A stretch of 52,970 nt of DNA from Actinomycetota bacterium (GTDB lineage: Bacteria; Actinomycetota; Acidimicrobiia; Spongiisociales; UBA4744). Position 1 is the stretch's first letter; every line of letters starts with the position of its first letter. The notes under the pieces are model-generated. The model was not told the DNA's origin. It was given only the letters and a program-made list of their open reading frames with translations, and did not search any database. Both the position numbers and the translations under genes were made by a program. The stretch is taken from assembly GCA_013152275.1 (NCBI GenBank), contig JAADGS010000026.1:124001-176970 (forward strand). Reading direction: 5' to 3'. Positions 20,255 to 29,994 of this stretch are shown one piece after another.

Positions 20255-21868
20255 TCAAGGAGCGGTGTTCCGCCTTTGTTCGGCACGACGTTCACTCTCG
20301 AGGCGCTCCAGATCAGGTTCCGAGTAGTCGACATACCGCATCGCGTCGGCGATCAAATGATGTCCTGCGATGTCGCGGATCTGACGGTGCATCTCCTGGA
20401 CCACTTTGCGGTATCCCGGGTGACCGGCAGGCTGACTCCGCAGCTCGAGCAGGTGAAATGCCTCGCGAGCATTCATCTCCATGACGAAGCGGATGTTGAA
20501 GCCGAAAGGAACGACGTACTGGGCGACCGTCGAACCCACAGAATGTTCCAGGGTGTCGTGGAGTGTTGCGGCCTCGGTCATCGCTCGGTTCCATGAGTCC
20601 TCGAGGTGGGCATCGGCCAGATCGTGAGGTGTCTCTTGGCCGTGGCCGGTCGTCAACTCCTGCCAGTCGATGGTCAACATGCGGTGCCGCTGGAGGTCAC
20701 GAAACGCCCCGTAGTCACACAACACGTCGAAACGGTACATGGGACGTTCCATTGCTCGCCCCGGCCGATGTCGTCTGTTCCTCCGATCACCTACCAGGGT
20801 CGTAATCACTTTGGCGCGCTCGTCCGCGGGCATGGCGTCGGCGATCCGGAGCAGCTGGGCGTCAGGCAGATTCGATGCCGGGTACAGGGCGGCGGCAACC
20901 AGTTTCACTTCGGCGTCGGGATCCCAGTCGGTGAGCGTTACGAACGGCTGTGGGTCGGGTATGGCACCGAGGTCATCCGCGATGGAGCGAACTGCAGCCT
21001 CGGTCTCGGCCAGGTACCTGCTCCACGCCACGCCGCGGTCCTTGATGTCGACCCGTCGCAGGAACGAAGGGATGACGGTGCGTAACTCGACGAGCATCAT
21101 CTCCCCGTAGTCACGGACCTCGGCGAGGGGATGTGCCTGCATGCGCATGAGCGCCATCTCATATGCCTGACCCGACGCGTAGATTCCGACGTTGGACAGC
21201 GTGGAAGCCGGAAGCAGTCCTCTCGCCGTGTCGCATGCCTTCGCTCTGATCGTGGCCTGCCAGACCCCTTTCGAATCATCCTGTCGGGGAAAGCGTCGCG
21301 CGTAGATGTCGGTCATCGTGCGCACAACCTGGGAGTAGGTGTCGAAGAGCAGGTCCATGGTTCGGTGATAGGCGCCGGCATGCTCCGAAGCGGTGACCTC
21401 GGGAGGGGTCATGTAGCGGTAGCGGTCGCCGAGTTTCGTGTCGTAGTAGATGTAGCGGGTGCTCTGTTCGAGATATGCGGCGAGTCGGCCGCGTTCGAGT
21501 ACCTTCGTGAGCAGGTTCGATGCCTGTTCACAGGCGATATGTGCTCCCCCGAGCTGCGCGACGGAATCATCGCCGAACTCGAAAAAGACCCGGTCGTAAA
21601 GTCGTTCCGCCCTGCGAAGGCTGTAGAGACGGTCGTTGGTGTCGATGTGCCGCGCGATCGTCGCGATGCCGGTCTCGGGGTCCGCCAGGAACTCGTCGAG
21701 GAAGAGACGCCGTAACGACTTGGAGCTACGGCTGTACCGGGCGAACAGGGCACCTTTGACCACTTCGGGGAGGTTGATCAGGGCAAAGACGGGACGGTCC
21801 ACGTTGCTGAAGAACGGAGAGAGGACGCTGATTTCTTCAGCCGTAAACGGTTCCCGATAGAACTCCAC
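20255..21868 (-). CDS. thyX: FAD-dependent thymidylate synthase, double-length (tandem ThyX domains)
   Basis: FARYSRS, EQSTRY, ARGLLP in the first half; RDLQRHR and ELRSQPAGHPGYR in the second half; 537 aa. Confidence 0.88.
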   Translation of the reverse strand: MEFYREPFTAEEISVLSPFFSNVDRPVFALINLPEVVKGALFARYSRSSKSLRRLFLDEFLADPETGIATIARHIDTNDRLYSLRRAERLYDRVFFEFGDDSVAQLGGAHIACEQASNLLTKVLERGRLAAYLEQSTRYIYYDTKLGDRYRYMTPPEVTASEHAGAYHRTMDLLFDTYSQVVRTMTDIYARRFPRQDDSKGVWQATIRAKACDTARGLLPASTLSNVGIYASGQAYEMALMRMQAHPLAEVRDYGEMMLVELRTVIPSFLRRVDIKDRGVAWSRYLAETEAAVRSIADDLGAIPDPQPFVTLTDWDPDAEVKLVAAALYPASNLPDAQLLRIADAMPADERAKVITTLVGDRRNRRHRPGRAMERPMYRFDVLCDYGAFRDLQRHRMLTIDWQELTTGHGQETPHDLADAHLEDSWNRAMTEAATLHDTLEHSVGSTVAQYVVPFGFNIRFVMEMNAREAFHLLELRSQPAGHPGYRKVVQEMHRQIRDIAGHHLIADAMRYVDYSEPDLERLESERRAEQRRNTAP

Positions 21869-21918
21869 CGATCGGATTGTACCGGGAGGGCGCCGGGAGG
21901 CGGGTACCCTTGTTTCCC

Positions 21919-22215
21919 GTGACGTGGCTTCGCATCCTTCTCGGCGTGCTTCTGGTTGCCGCCCTGACCGTGGCGGTCGTACCGTTGCTCGTGCTGCTCA
22001 ATCTCGCCGGGGGCGGGACCGGCTACGGGCTTTGTCCACACGGTCTCGAGTCGTGTGGCGTCGGATTCACAGACGGCCTCGAACTGCTGCTCCTACTCAC
22101 GCTTGCGCTGTTCGGCCTCCTGGGGGCAATCCGCGTCGTGGCGCGCGGTATTCGACACGTTCAACGGCGGGCCGAAGTGGAAGAGGCGATGCGCCGCCTC
22201 AATGAGCAGGTGTGA
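21919..22215 (+). CDS. Small two-TM hypothetical protein with a CxxxxxxC loop
   Basis: Two hydrophobic helices flanking GLCPHGLESCG; GTG 8 nt after TACCCT. Confidence 0.65.
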   Translation: MTWLRILLGVLLVAALTVAVVPLLVLLNLAGGGTGYGLCPHGLESCGVGFTDGLELLLLLTLALFGLLGAIRVVARGIRHVQRRAEVEEAMRRLNEQV

Positions 22216-23080
22216 TCGCCTCCGCAGCAGGGAGAGCGTCCGTGTCCTTGGTGCGTGCCAGCACGAGGTAGATACCGACGAGAATCAATCCGGCGCCTGT
22301 CCATCCTCGTGCGTTGAGACGCTCCTGGAGGATCCATGCAGCGGAGAACGCGGCAACGGCGGGTTCAAGGGAGAGCATCACGGCCGTTCGAGTCGGGCCG
22401 ACGACGGTCTGAGACCAGATTTGGAGGAGGAACGCCCCCGCACTGACGGCCAGACCTGTCATGATGAGCGCCGGTAGGACATCCACGTTCGGCAATGGGA
22501 GCCCCTCACGAACGAATGAGACGGCGAGCGCCAATGCGGCCGTGACCAACAGCTGGACGGCCGTGAAGGGAACCACGGGGTGGCGGGCAACGACTCGTGA
22601 CAGCACGACGATGTGGGCTGCGAAGGCGACGGCGCACCCGAGAGTCAGCAGATCGCCGGTCGAGAGCGATACTCCCTGTCGCAGGGTCAGCAGTGCAAGG
22701 CCGACAAAGGCGACACCGGTGCCACTCAGTGCCCAGCCCGAGGGTTTTGCGCGTCGGACGATGGCGGCGATGAGCGGGGTGAAGACCACGTACAAGCCGG
22801 TGATCAGCCCGGAGTTCGAAGCACTCGTTCTGGCGAGCCCTTCGGTCTGAAGAGCGAAGCCTGCGAACAGGAGAGTTCCTGCCAGCAAGCCGTCGCGCCA
22901 GATGCCGAGGCGTCGCGGGAACGCCAAGACGAGCAACGCCAGGGCGCCGATCAGGAAACGCCATCCGACGAACGCCATCGGTGGAAGGATGATCACCGCC
23001 CGTTTGACAACGACGAAGGTCACCCCGAAGAGAACCGCGGCGAAGGTCAGTGCGACGTAGGCGATGAGGGGGCGGCGCAT
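22199..23080 (-). CDS. DMT/EamA family transporter
   Basis: About 10 TM helices, LQTEGLARTSASNSGLITG, SLEPAVA. Confidence 0.92.
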   Translation of the reverse strand: MRRPLIAYVALTFAAVLFGVTFVVVKRAVIILPPMAFVGWRFLIGALALLVLAFPRRLGIWRDGLLAGTLLFAGFALQTEGLARTSASNSGLITGLYVVFTPLIAAIVRRAKPSGWALSGTGVAFVGLALLTLRQGVSLSTGDLLTLGCAVAFAAHIVVLSRVVARHPVVPFTAVQLLVTAALALAVSFVREGLPLPNVDVLPALIMTGLAVSAGAFLLQIWSQTVVGPTRTAVMLSLEPAVAAFSAAWILQERLNARGWTGAGLILVGIYLVLARTKDTDALPAAEAITPAH

Positions 23081-23469
23081 CGAGAAGTCAGCCGGCGAAC
23101 GTGATCACACCGCTCCAGAGAGATGTGGCTCGAGCGTGAGAGACAATTGGCTGGGGATGGCGGGCGAACAGGGCCTGCCGGTCGGGGCCGGGCCGGCGCT
23201 TGCGGACACACTTCTTGACGGGGATGAGCGCCAGCCTCTTGTGCCGGGTTGCCGTCGTCTCGTGTGGGATTCGTCCGGCTTCAGAAGGGGAGATCACCTC
23301 GGGGTTGTGGCGGATCGGTTGTTCGGCAAGCGGTTCGCCGATACCGGGCATCCTCTCGGCGACGACTTGATCACCGGGAAACGGGTCCATCATCGGCGAC
23401 TCGGCGCCTACGCGTTTGTGGTCCGGCATGGCATGTCGTAGCAGCATGGCGGCGATGGTAGCGACGCAT

Positions 23470-23634
23470 AGGAGCCCGCCGAGCACTACATGGCACGCAT
23501 CTCGACGACCGTGCATCGCCGCTCGCAGCGTTCTCCGTCTCGACGCACCCCGGGCGGTGCGCCTTCGTTGTGCGGCCTTGCGAGCGACACGCACAGCCGC
23601 CGATCTCCACACCGGCATTACTCGGCAGACTCCT
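23470..23634. mobile_element. Putative MITE with 14-bp imperfect terminal inverted repeats
   Basis: AGGAGCCCGCCGAG ... CTCGGCAGACTCCT (12/14 inverted match); non-coding, hairpin-prone interior. Confidence 0.55.
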
Positions 23635-23671
23635 GGAGCCCGCCGAGCACTACATGGCACGCATCTCGACG
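23471..23671 (+). repeat. 37-bp exact direct repeat, two copies (23471-23507, 23635-23671)
   Basis: ggagcccgccgagcactacatggcacgcatctcgacg read twice. Confidence 0.9.
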
Positions 23672-23777
23672 GTGCCGAGGAACTCGGTCGGGAAGCCGGC
23701 CGCCGGCTTGCTCTTCTTCGGTTCTCGGCAGAAGCCGCCATCCTTGCCCTGCAGTCTTGAGGCGGGGTAGGTCGCGA

Positions 23778-23805
23778 GACGAAGTACGAAGTACGAGATA
23801 CGAAC
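23778..23805 (-). repeat. Heptamer tandem array (TTTCGTA family, reverse orientation)
   Basis: gacgaag tacgaag tacgaga tacgaac on the + strand. Confidence 0.75.
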
Positions 23806-23901
23806 TACCTCATCACGCACGTGACACGCAAAGGCCGCCGATCCGCATACCGACATCACCGGTCGAGCCCGGCTGTGTCGCGCCCCGCTACGATGCCGGA
23901 C

Positions 23902-24540
23902 GTGATCGACAGTGAACGCGCCTTGGAGATTCTCAGTCGCCTCGAACGAAGATACCCGAAGGCACGAATCGCCCTCACATATCGGGATCCCTGGCAGCTC
24001 CTCGTGGCGACGGTCCTTTCGGCACAAACCACCGATAACAACGTGAACAAGGTGGTTCCGGAGCTCTTTCGTGCTTTTCCGACTCCCGAGGACCTTGCGG
24101 CAGCAGACCCGGAGGAAGTTGAACGGATCGTGTTCACGACGGGTTTCTACCGGCAGAAGACCAAAGCGATCATCGGGCTGTCCCAGGTGCTCGTCGACCG
24201 CTTCGGCGGCGAGGTACCCGACGATCTCGACAAACTGGTCGAACTCCCCGGTGTCGGTCGCAAGACCGCCAGCGTCGTTCTGGCCGAGGCGTTCGGCCGT
24301 CCGGCGATCGCCGTGGATACGCACGTCAAGCGTCTCTCCAACCGTCTTGGCTTCACGACGCACAAGGATCCGAACAAGATCGAGCAGGACCTCAAGAGAC
24401 TGTTTCCAGAGTCGGCTTGGCGGGGGCTCTCGTTGCGATTGATCCAGTTCGGGCGTGATGTGTGTACGGCGAGAAAGCCGCACTGTGGCGAATGCGAGCT
24501 GGCCGATTTGTGTCCATTCCCGGACAAGAGCTTCGAGTAG
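23902..24540 (+). CDS. nth: Endonuclease III
   Basis: LVATVLSAQTTD, LPGVGRKTA HhH, VDTHV, CxxxxxxCxxCxxxxxC 4Fe-4S motif; alternative start ATG 23893. Confidence 0.97.
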   Translation: MIDSERALEILSRLERRYPKARIALTYRDPWQLLVATVLSAQTTDNNVNKVVPELFRAFPTPEDLAAADPEEVERIVFTTGFYRQKTKAIIGLSQVLVDRFGGEVPDDLDKLVELPGVGRKTASVVLAEAFGRPAIAVDTHVKRLSNRLGFTTHKDPNKIEQDLKRLFPESAWRGLSLRLIQFGRDVCTARKPHCGECELADLCPFPDKSFE

Positions 24541-24565
24541 CCGGTCTCAACTCGAGACCCGGAGG

Positions 24566-24674
24566 TTTCTCGTCAATGCAAGCGTCGCCATTCGACGCTG
24601 CTATTGACAGGAAACGAGGGGGTTGGTTTCTGGTCAATGCCGGCGTCTCTATGCGACGCTCGCATTGACGAGAA
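24566..24674. repeat. Tandem pair of REP-like palindromes
   Basis: Two related hairpin units (TTTCT..GTCAATG...GCGTC/GACGC...ATTGAC..GAA); outer arms 24567-24588 and 24653-24674 match 21/22 as an inverted repeat. Confidence 0.85.
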
Positions 24675-24702
24675 GGGGTTGGCGGGCAGGAGCCCAAACC
24701 TC

Positions 24703-25917
24703 CTATCCCGCTTCCAGGATCCGACCTCGTGTCTCGGGGATTGCCAGTACGAGGCCGGCGGCGATGACCATGCATGCTGCGAGCGCGGTGATCGTCGTCG
24801 AAAGCCCGAATCGGTCGATGATCTCCCTGCCGGCCGTCAGACCCGAGACCGCACCCAGCACTCCCGCCACGTTCAGCCACATCACGGCCGTTGCCCGTAT
24901 CCTGGTTGGGAACAGCTCATTACGCAACGCACCGAGCGATGGCACCGTGGCAAACGCTCCAAAGCCGGAGACGGCTGCTGCGGCGGCGAGGGCTGCCGGC
25001 GAGGTGAACCGGAACATGCCGACGCCGCCGGCACCCGCCATCAGGAGCGCTCCGAACAGCACCGGTTTGCGCCCCCACAGATCCGAGAATCTTCCTCCGA
25101 CGAGGAATCCGAGGCCGCCCAAGGTTCCGCCGGCGAGGAGCACCCCAACGGCGACCGGAGTGCGAAGGCCGACGTCGTTGACGAGTCGCTCCATGGCGAA
25201 CGTTGCAGCCGGTGCGGAGAAGGCGGCCGAGAGGAACGACAACGCGGCGACGATCCAGAAAGGGCGTCTCTCCATGTGCAGCAGCGGGGCCCAAAGGGCG
25301 GGTGGCTCTGTCGGCGCCACGAAGAGGGGACTTTCGTGGAGGCGGTGGGCGACGAAGGGATAGAACACAAAACCGAGCGCACTCGCGCCGTACAGGAACC
25401 TCCAGGATTCGGGACCGAGATCACTGATCGGGACGAGAACGAGTGCGACTCCCGCGCCGAAGCTGATCGCGCCCCCGAAGATCGAGATGCCGTATGCCCG
25501 AATGGCAGGGGCGAGCGATTCGGCCAGCATGACGAGGGCGACGGCGCCTACCGCCGAACCGGTCATACGAACCACGGTCTGCAGGATCGTGAATGTGGCG
25601 GCGTTCGGGGCGAGTGCCGTCGCTGCGTTGGCGACGAGCATGGCGGAAAAGGCGCCGAGCAGGACCCTGCGCCTCCCTCTTCGGTCTCCGAGGAGCGAAA
25701 GCAGGACCGCCACGATGGCGCCGAGCCGAACGATTCCGAGCAACTGGCTCATCTCGCCGGTCGTGATGGCGAGCGAGCGTCGAACGAATGGCAGGGTGTT
25801 CGCTGCCTGGGCAAGGGCATGACCTTCGAAGAACCCCAGGATCGAGGTCAGGACGACGATCCGTATGTCGGATCGGGTAGGTGGGACGGGAGGTTGTACG
25901 AAGCGGGGCAGCTTCAT
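24703..25917 (-). CDS. MFS transporter
   Basis: GDRRGRRRV and SDLWGRKPV MFS motifs, ELFPTRIRAT, IPETRG; about 12 TM. Confidence 0.93.
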   Translation of the reverse strand: MKLPRFVQPPVPPTRSDIRIVVLTSILGFFEGHALAQAANTLPFVRRSLAITTGEMSQLLGIVRLGAIVAVLLSLLGDRRGRRRVLLGAFSAMLVANAATALAPNAATFTILQTVVRMTGSAVGAVALVMLAESLAPAIRAYGISIFGGAISFGAGVALVLVPISDLGPESWRFLYGASALGFVFYPFVAHRLHESPLFVAPTEPPALWAPLLHMERRPFWIVAALSFLSAAFSAPAATFAMERLVNDVGLRTPVAVGVLLAGGTLGGLGFLVGGRFSDLWGRKPVLFGALLMAGAGGVGMFRFTSPAALAAAAAVSGFGAFATVPSLGALRNELFPTRIRATAVMWLNVAGVLGAVSGLTAGREIIDRFGLSTTITALAACMVIAAGLVLAIPETRGRILEAG

Positions 25918-26240
25918 GCCACGCCGGTGCCTTCGGCGACGTGCTGATCGGGTTTCAGGAGAACGACTCCTTCAGGGCTCATGGCTCCGAGGACGAGCAC
26001 GTCGGAGCGAAAACCGCCGACCCGCATCGGTTCGAATCCGGTGACGGCGACGATCTGGCGGCCAACCAGGTCATCGGGCGTGTAGCGATCCGTCAGCCTT
26101 GCGGAGGACTGCAGGATGCCGAGTTCACCGAAGTCGATCCACATACGGTACGAAGGGTTACGTGCCGTTGTGTTGATCTCTGCCCGCACGACGGTCCCGA
26201 TGCGGACCTGGAGCGCTTCCCAGTCTTGGTACGTGGCCAT
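25914..26240 (-). CDS. csaA: CsaA-like tRNA-binding/export chaperone (OB fold)
   Basis: IDFGELGILQSSARLT, LVGRQIVAV, SDVLVLG; 108 aa. Confidence 0.85.
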   Translation of the reverse strand: MATYQDWEALQVRIGTVVRAEINTTARNPSYRMWIDFGELGILQSSARLTDRYTPDDLVGRQIVAVTGFEPMRVGGFRSDVLVLGAMSPEGVVLLKPDQHVAEGTGVA

Positions 26241-26257
26241 GGGCGGTCAGCGTAGCG

Positions 26258-26277
26258 AGGAGTCTGCCGAGTGATGC
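26258..26277. repeat. Further copy of the putative MITE terminus
   Basis: AGGAGTCTGCCGAGTGATGC is 19/20 identical to the reverse complement of 23615-23634. Confidence 0.75.
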
Positions 26278-26307
26278 GGTGTTGTGGATCGCTCAGAGTC
26301 GTTTCGA

Positions 26308-26342
26308 GCGTGTATTTCGTACTCCGTATTTCGTATTTCGAG
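26308..26342 (+). repeat. Heptamer tandem array (TTTCGTA family)
   Basis: gcgtgta tttcgta ctccgta tttcgta tttcgag. Confidence 0.75.
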
Positions 26343-26700
26343 GACGCGCAGATAGGCGGAGTTGGTTCTCGAGTCGCATGGGAATGGCGTGTGCCGAGGG
26401 TTCGTCGACCAGCGAGAACCTTCTGGCTGCCGAGCATGGCGAAGCGCTGTGTCCTCAGGTCGTTGCCCTGTCGGCCGATCCGTTTCGTATCGCGATCCAA
26501 GTTCGACCCAAGGGGGCGTGGTGGGTGTGACTCCTTCGTGTGCCACCTCGGGGGCGAGAACATGCGAGTAGGGATGTTCGCCGAGCTGTGTGTCATGCAT
26601 GGGCCGGCAGCCCTCGCCATGCCGACCTCCGGGGTTGGCCGACGAATCCGGCCGGTGCATGATGCTTCGTGCCAGAGGATCTCAACTATCCTGCCCGCCC

Positions 26701-27453
26701 ATGGCCGACGTTGGCATCATTACCGCATTCGTTTTCGGCATCGTCTCGTTCCTTTCCCCATGTGTGCTGCCGCTGCTGCCGGGGTATCTCAGTCTGATGT
26801 CCGGATACTCGGTGGGAGACCTCCAGAGTGGGGACGCTTCGTCCACGAGGATGTTTCGGGTCACACTCACATTCGTGATCGGCTTTACGATCATTTTCGT
26901 CATCCTTGGCGCGGCAGCGACCTCGGTGGGACACTTCTTCCTGCAGCACCAGCGCATCGCGCTGCAGGTCGCGGGATGGATCGTGATCGCGTTCGGCCTG
27001 CTGATCGTCGTCTCGGCGTATTCGAGTTCGCGATACCTTGGTTTCCTGACGAGAGAACGGCGTATCGATGTCAAGCCATCGAAACTCGGGGGATGGGCGC
27101 CGCTCGTCATGGGTCTCGCTTTCGGATTCGCGTGGACACCGTGTATCGGTCCCGTGCTTGCAGCGATCCTGGCGGCTGCTGCCGTTCAGGAGACAGTCGG
27201 TCAGGGGATGATCCTGCTGCTCGCATACGGCCTCGGTCTCGGAGTCCCATTCATCTTGTCAGGAGTGGGCCTGTCGAAGGCGTTCAGGGCGGTGGGGTTC
27301 CTGAAGCGGTATCTACGCCCGATCAACGTGGTGTCCGGGCTGCTCCTCGCCGGCTTCGGCGTCCTGATGATCACCGGGAAGATGGCCATCCTCTCGGGAT
27401 GGGTGCAGGAGATCTTCTCCAAACTCGGCCTCGAATGGCTCGCCACGATCTGA
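26701..27453 (+). CDS. ccdA: Cytochrome c biogenesis CcdA/DsbD-family membrane protein
   Basis: SFLSPCVLPLLPGYLS and WTPCIGPVL motifs. Confidence 0.93.
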   Translation: MADVGIITAFVFGIVSFLSPCVLPLLPGYLSLMSGYSVGDLQSGDASSTRMFRVTLTFVIGFTIIFVILGAAATSVGHFFLQHQRIALQVAGWIVIAFGLLIVVSAYSSSRYLGFLTRERRIDVKPSKLGGWAPLVMGLAFGFAWTPCIGPVLAAILAAAAVQETVGQGMILLLAYGLGLGVPFILSGVGLSKAFRAVGFLKRYLRPINVVSGLLLAGFGVLMITGKMAILSGWVQEIFSKLGLEWLATI

Positions 27454-27777
27454 GTTCGGGAGGTCCTGCCGTCGAGCGCCTCACGTCGTGAACGCGCACA
27501 GCGGTTGCCATCAATGTGCACGGGGCTGCGCTCGTGCACAGTCGAAGCGCCTGGTCGTTTCTGCAGGCCTCATCACCCAAGATCTCGGCTGGGCACGTGT
27601 CGGAGTTGGGCCAGGGAGGGGCATCGATGTGCGACGGGTGGGTCGCTCTGCGGGCGCCGTCGTGCATGACTTGCCGATCCGGCCTTTTACACAATGCTGA
27701 CATTTCCTCAACGGTTTGCTCGCATCTGCCGATGATCCTTTTCGATGACGCGCCCACCGACAATCATGGAGGGTCTC

Positions 27778-28452
27778 ATGGACCGCGGCCGCATCCTGCT
27801 GATCGAAGATGAAGAACCGATTGCCGATATGTTGCGCGTATTCTTCGAGCGTGAGGGGTATCGCCTCGTCCATGCGGTCTCTGGCGAGATCGGGTTGCAG
27901 CGTTTGGAGGAGCGACCGGCGCGAGCCGTGCTTCTGGATCTCAACCTTCCCGGAATCGACGGTGTCGAAGTGTGCCGACGCATCCGTGCCATCTCGGACA
28001 TCCCGGTGATCATGCTCACCGCCAGGGACTCGGAGATCGATAAGGTCGTCGGCCTCGAGATCGGAGCGGACGACTACGTGACCAAGCCGTTCTCGCCTCG
28101 CGAGCTGCTGGCACGAGTCAAGGCGGTCCTTCGGCGGTCCGAAGAAGCTCCGGTAACCACGAAGGCACTGTCGGTCGCCGGCTTCGAGATCGACGCGGGA
28201 CGCAGAGAAGTCCGAGATGCGGAAGGTAACGTGATCCGACCGACGGCCAGGGAGTTCGATCTCCTCTGGTATCTGGCCGAGCACGCCGGCTTGGTGCTTT
28301 CCCGGGGTCAGATCCTCGAAGCGGTTTGGGGTTACGAGTACTTCGGTGAGACGCGTACGGTCGACGTGCACATCCGCCAGCTGCGCAAGAAGCTCGATGG
28401 GATTCCCATTGAGACGGTATGGGGTGTCGGGTACCGGTTGGAGGCGTCGTGA
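27778..28452 (+). CDS. OmpR/PhoB-family response regulator
   Basis: LIEDE, LLDLNLP, MLTA, GADDYVTKPF, RTVDVHIRQLRKK, TVWGVGY; GGAGG RBS. Confidence 0.96.
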   Translation: MDRGRILLIEDEEPIADMLRVFFEREGYRLVHAVSGEIGLQRLEERPARAVLLDLNLPGIDGVEVCRRIRAISDIPVIMLTARDSEIDKVVGLEIGADDYVTKPFSPRELLARVKAVLRRSEEAPVTTKALSVAGFEIDAGRREVRDAEGNVIRPTAREFDLLWYLAEHAGLVLSRGQILEAVWGYEYFGETRTVDVHIRQLRKKLDGIPIETVWGVGYRLEAS

Positions 28453-28495
28453 CCGCCATGTCTCTTCGGCCGTCGACACGGTCGGCGGCGTTCAG

Positions 28496-29924
28496 ATGAG
28501 AAGAAGACTGTTCTGGAGCATGCTCGGGATCGCCACGCTGGCGTTGGTGCTGGTTGGAGTCTTCGGGGCGATCCTCGGTCAGGTGGCCGTGTCCCGAGAG
28601 ACCATCCGTCAGATGTCCCAGGAAGCTGCCGCGATCGAGCGTCTGGTCGGGAACCAGTTCCTTGAAGAGACCGGTGACCGGGTTACGCTGCAACGCCTTT
28701 CTTCAATCCTGCGCAACGGTGAACTCCCGAAGGATTCGACACTCGGCAGACGCCTACGGACACTCCTGGCAACGGCAGAACAGATTACCGGTGGTCGTCT
28801 CGTCGACCTCGGATGGATCGATGCACAGGGTCGGCTGCACCTCTTCCTGAATCCGACGATCGGTGAAGCGCTGCGTTTCAACGTCACGACCTTACGGGAG
28901 GGGAACGACAGTGTCGTCCGCAGGCGGATTCCCGGTGAAGAGCAAGCCGTACTCGCCGTGGCACACCCGATGAAGGCGAGCCGTCTCGTCGTCGTCGTGT
29001 TCCAACGCACAACGCTGATCAATGGGCGGAGCTTCTTTCGTGTGATGCTGATCGCGTTCGGTCTTGCCGCGCTCCTGTCTGCAATCGCCGCCCGCCTGCT
29101 TGCCAGGCGGCTGAGCAAACGTGGCGCGAAGCTGGCGGAGGCCGCGCGAAACCTCGCCGATGGGGATTCTTCGGCCAGGGTCGACCTGCCGGGTGACGAC
29201 GAAGTGGCCGACATCGCTCGAGCGTTCAATGAAATGGCCGACCGGCTCGAAGCAACCCAATCCGGAGAGCGAGAGTTTCTGATGAGTGTCGGTCACGATC
29301 TGCGTACTCCTCTCACCACGATCGGTGGGTACGCGGAAGCTCTCGAGGAAGGGGGCCTGGACGAGGAATCTGTTGCTCGCATCGGCGGGGTCTTGTCCAG
29401 CGAGACCGGCCGACTGCGTCGTCTCATCGAAGACCTGATGATGCTTGCACGGCTCGACGCCCGAGAGTTCACCCTGCGCCCCGAGTTGGTGGACGTGGCT
29501 GCCCACCTGCGAGGGATTGCCGACACATTTCGTCAACGTGCAGCAGATGCCGGGTTGCGGTTCGTTGTCGATGTCGAGGAGACAGGTTCGTTCGAGACGG
29601 ATCCCGATCGGCTTGCACAGATCTCGGGGAACCTCATCGAGAACGCACTGCGGTACACCCCAGAGGCGGGAACCGTGACGTTTCGCGTCGCCAATGGGGA
29701 GCGCAGTGTTGTGCTGGAGGTCGTCGATTCCGGTCCGGGTATCGAGGCCGAGGACCTTCCCCGGGTGTTCNNNNNNNNNNNNNNNNNNNNNNNNNNNNNN
29801 NNNNNNNNNNNNNNNNNNNNNNNNNNNNNNNNNNNNNNNNNNNNNNNNCGAGGCGATGCGGGGAACGGTCACCGTCTCTTCGGGCGACACCGGGACGACG
29901 TTCCGGGTGGAACTGCCGAAGTGA
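28496..29924 (+). CDS. HAMP-domain sensor histidine kinase (spans an N gap)
   Basis: 2 TM, HAMP, GHDLRTPLT H-box, NLIENALRY, DSGPGI; C-terminus EAMRGTVTV...FRVELPK resumes after the gap. Confidence 0.92.
29771..29848. other. Assembly gap (78 N)
   Basis: Run of n characters. Confidence 1.
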
Positions 29925-29994
29925 GACTTCCGTCATCGGTGGTCGGTGCTTCCTCGTTGCGTTGTGGGTCGGGGGCGGATTGTGAGATCTCGCC

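Noticed and set aside
23158..23441. Transposase remnant (DSSGF, VVADRLFG resemble DDE motifs)
   Set aside because: Resemblance is limited to a few residues with wrong spacing; not supportable without a profile search
23471..23671. 37-bp direct repeats as a CRISPR array
   Set aside because: Only two copies, a 127-bp spacer and no cas genes; terminal inverted repeats fit a MITE better
26343..26680. Coding region upstream of ccdA (406-aa and 175-aa ORFs)
   Set aside because: Runs through repeats and out of frame over ccdA; composition is not protein-like
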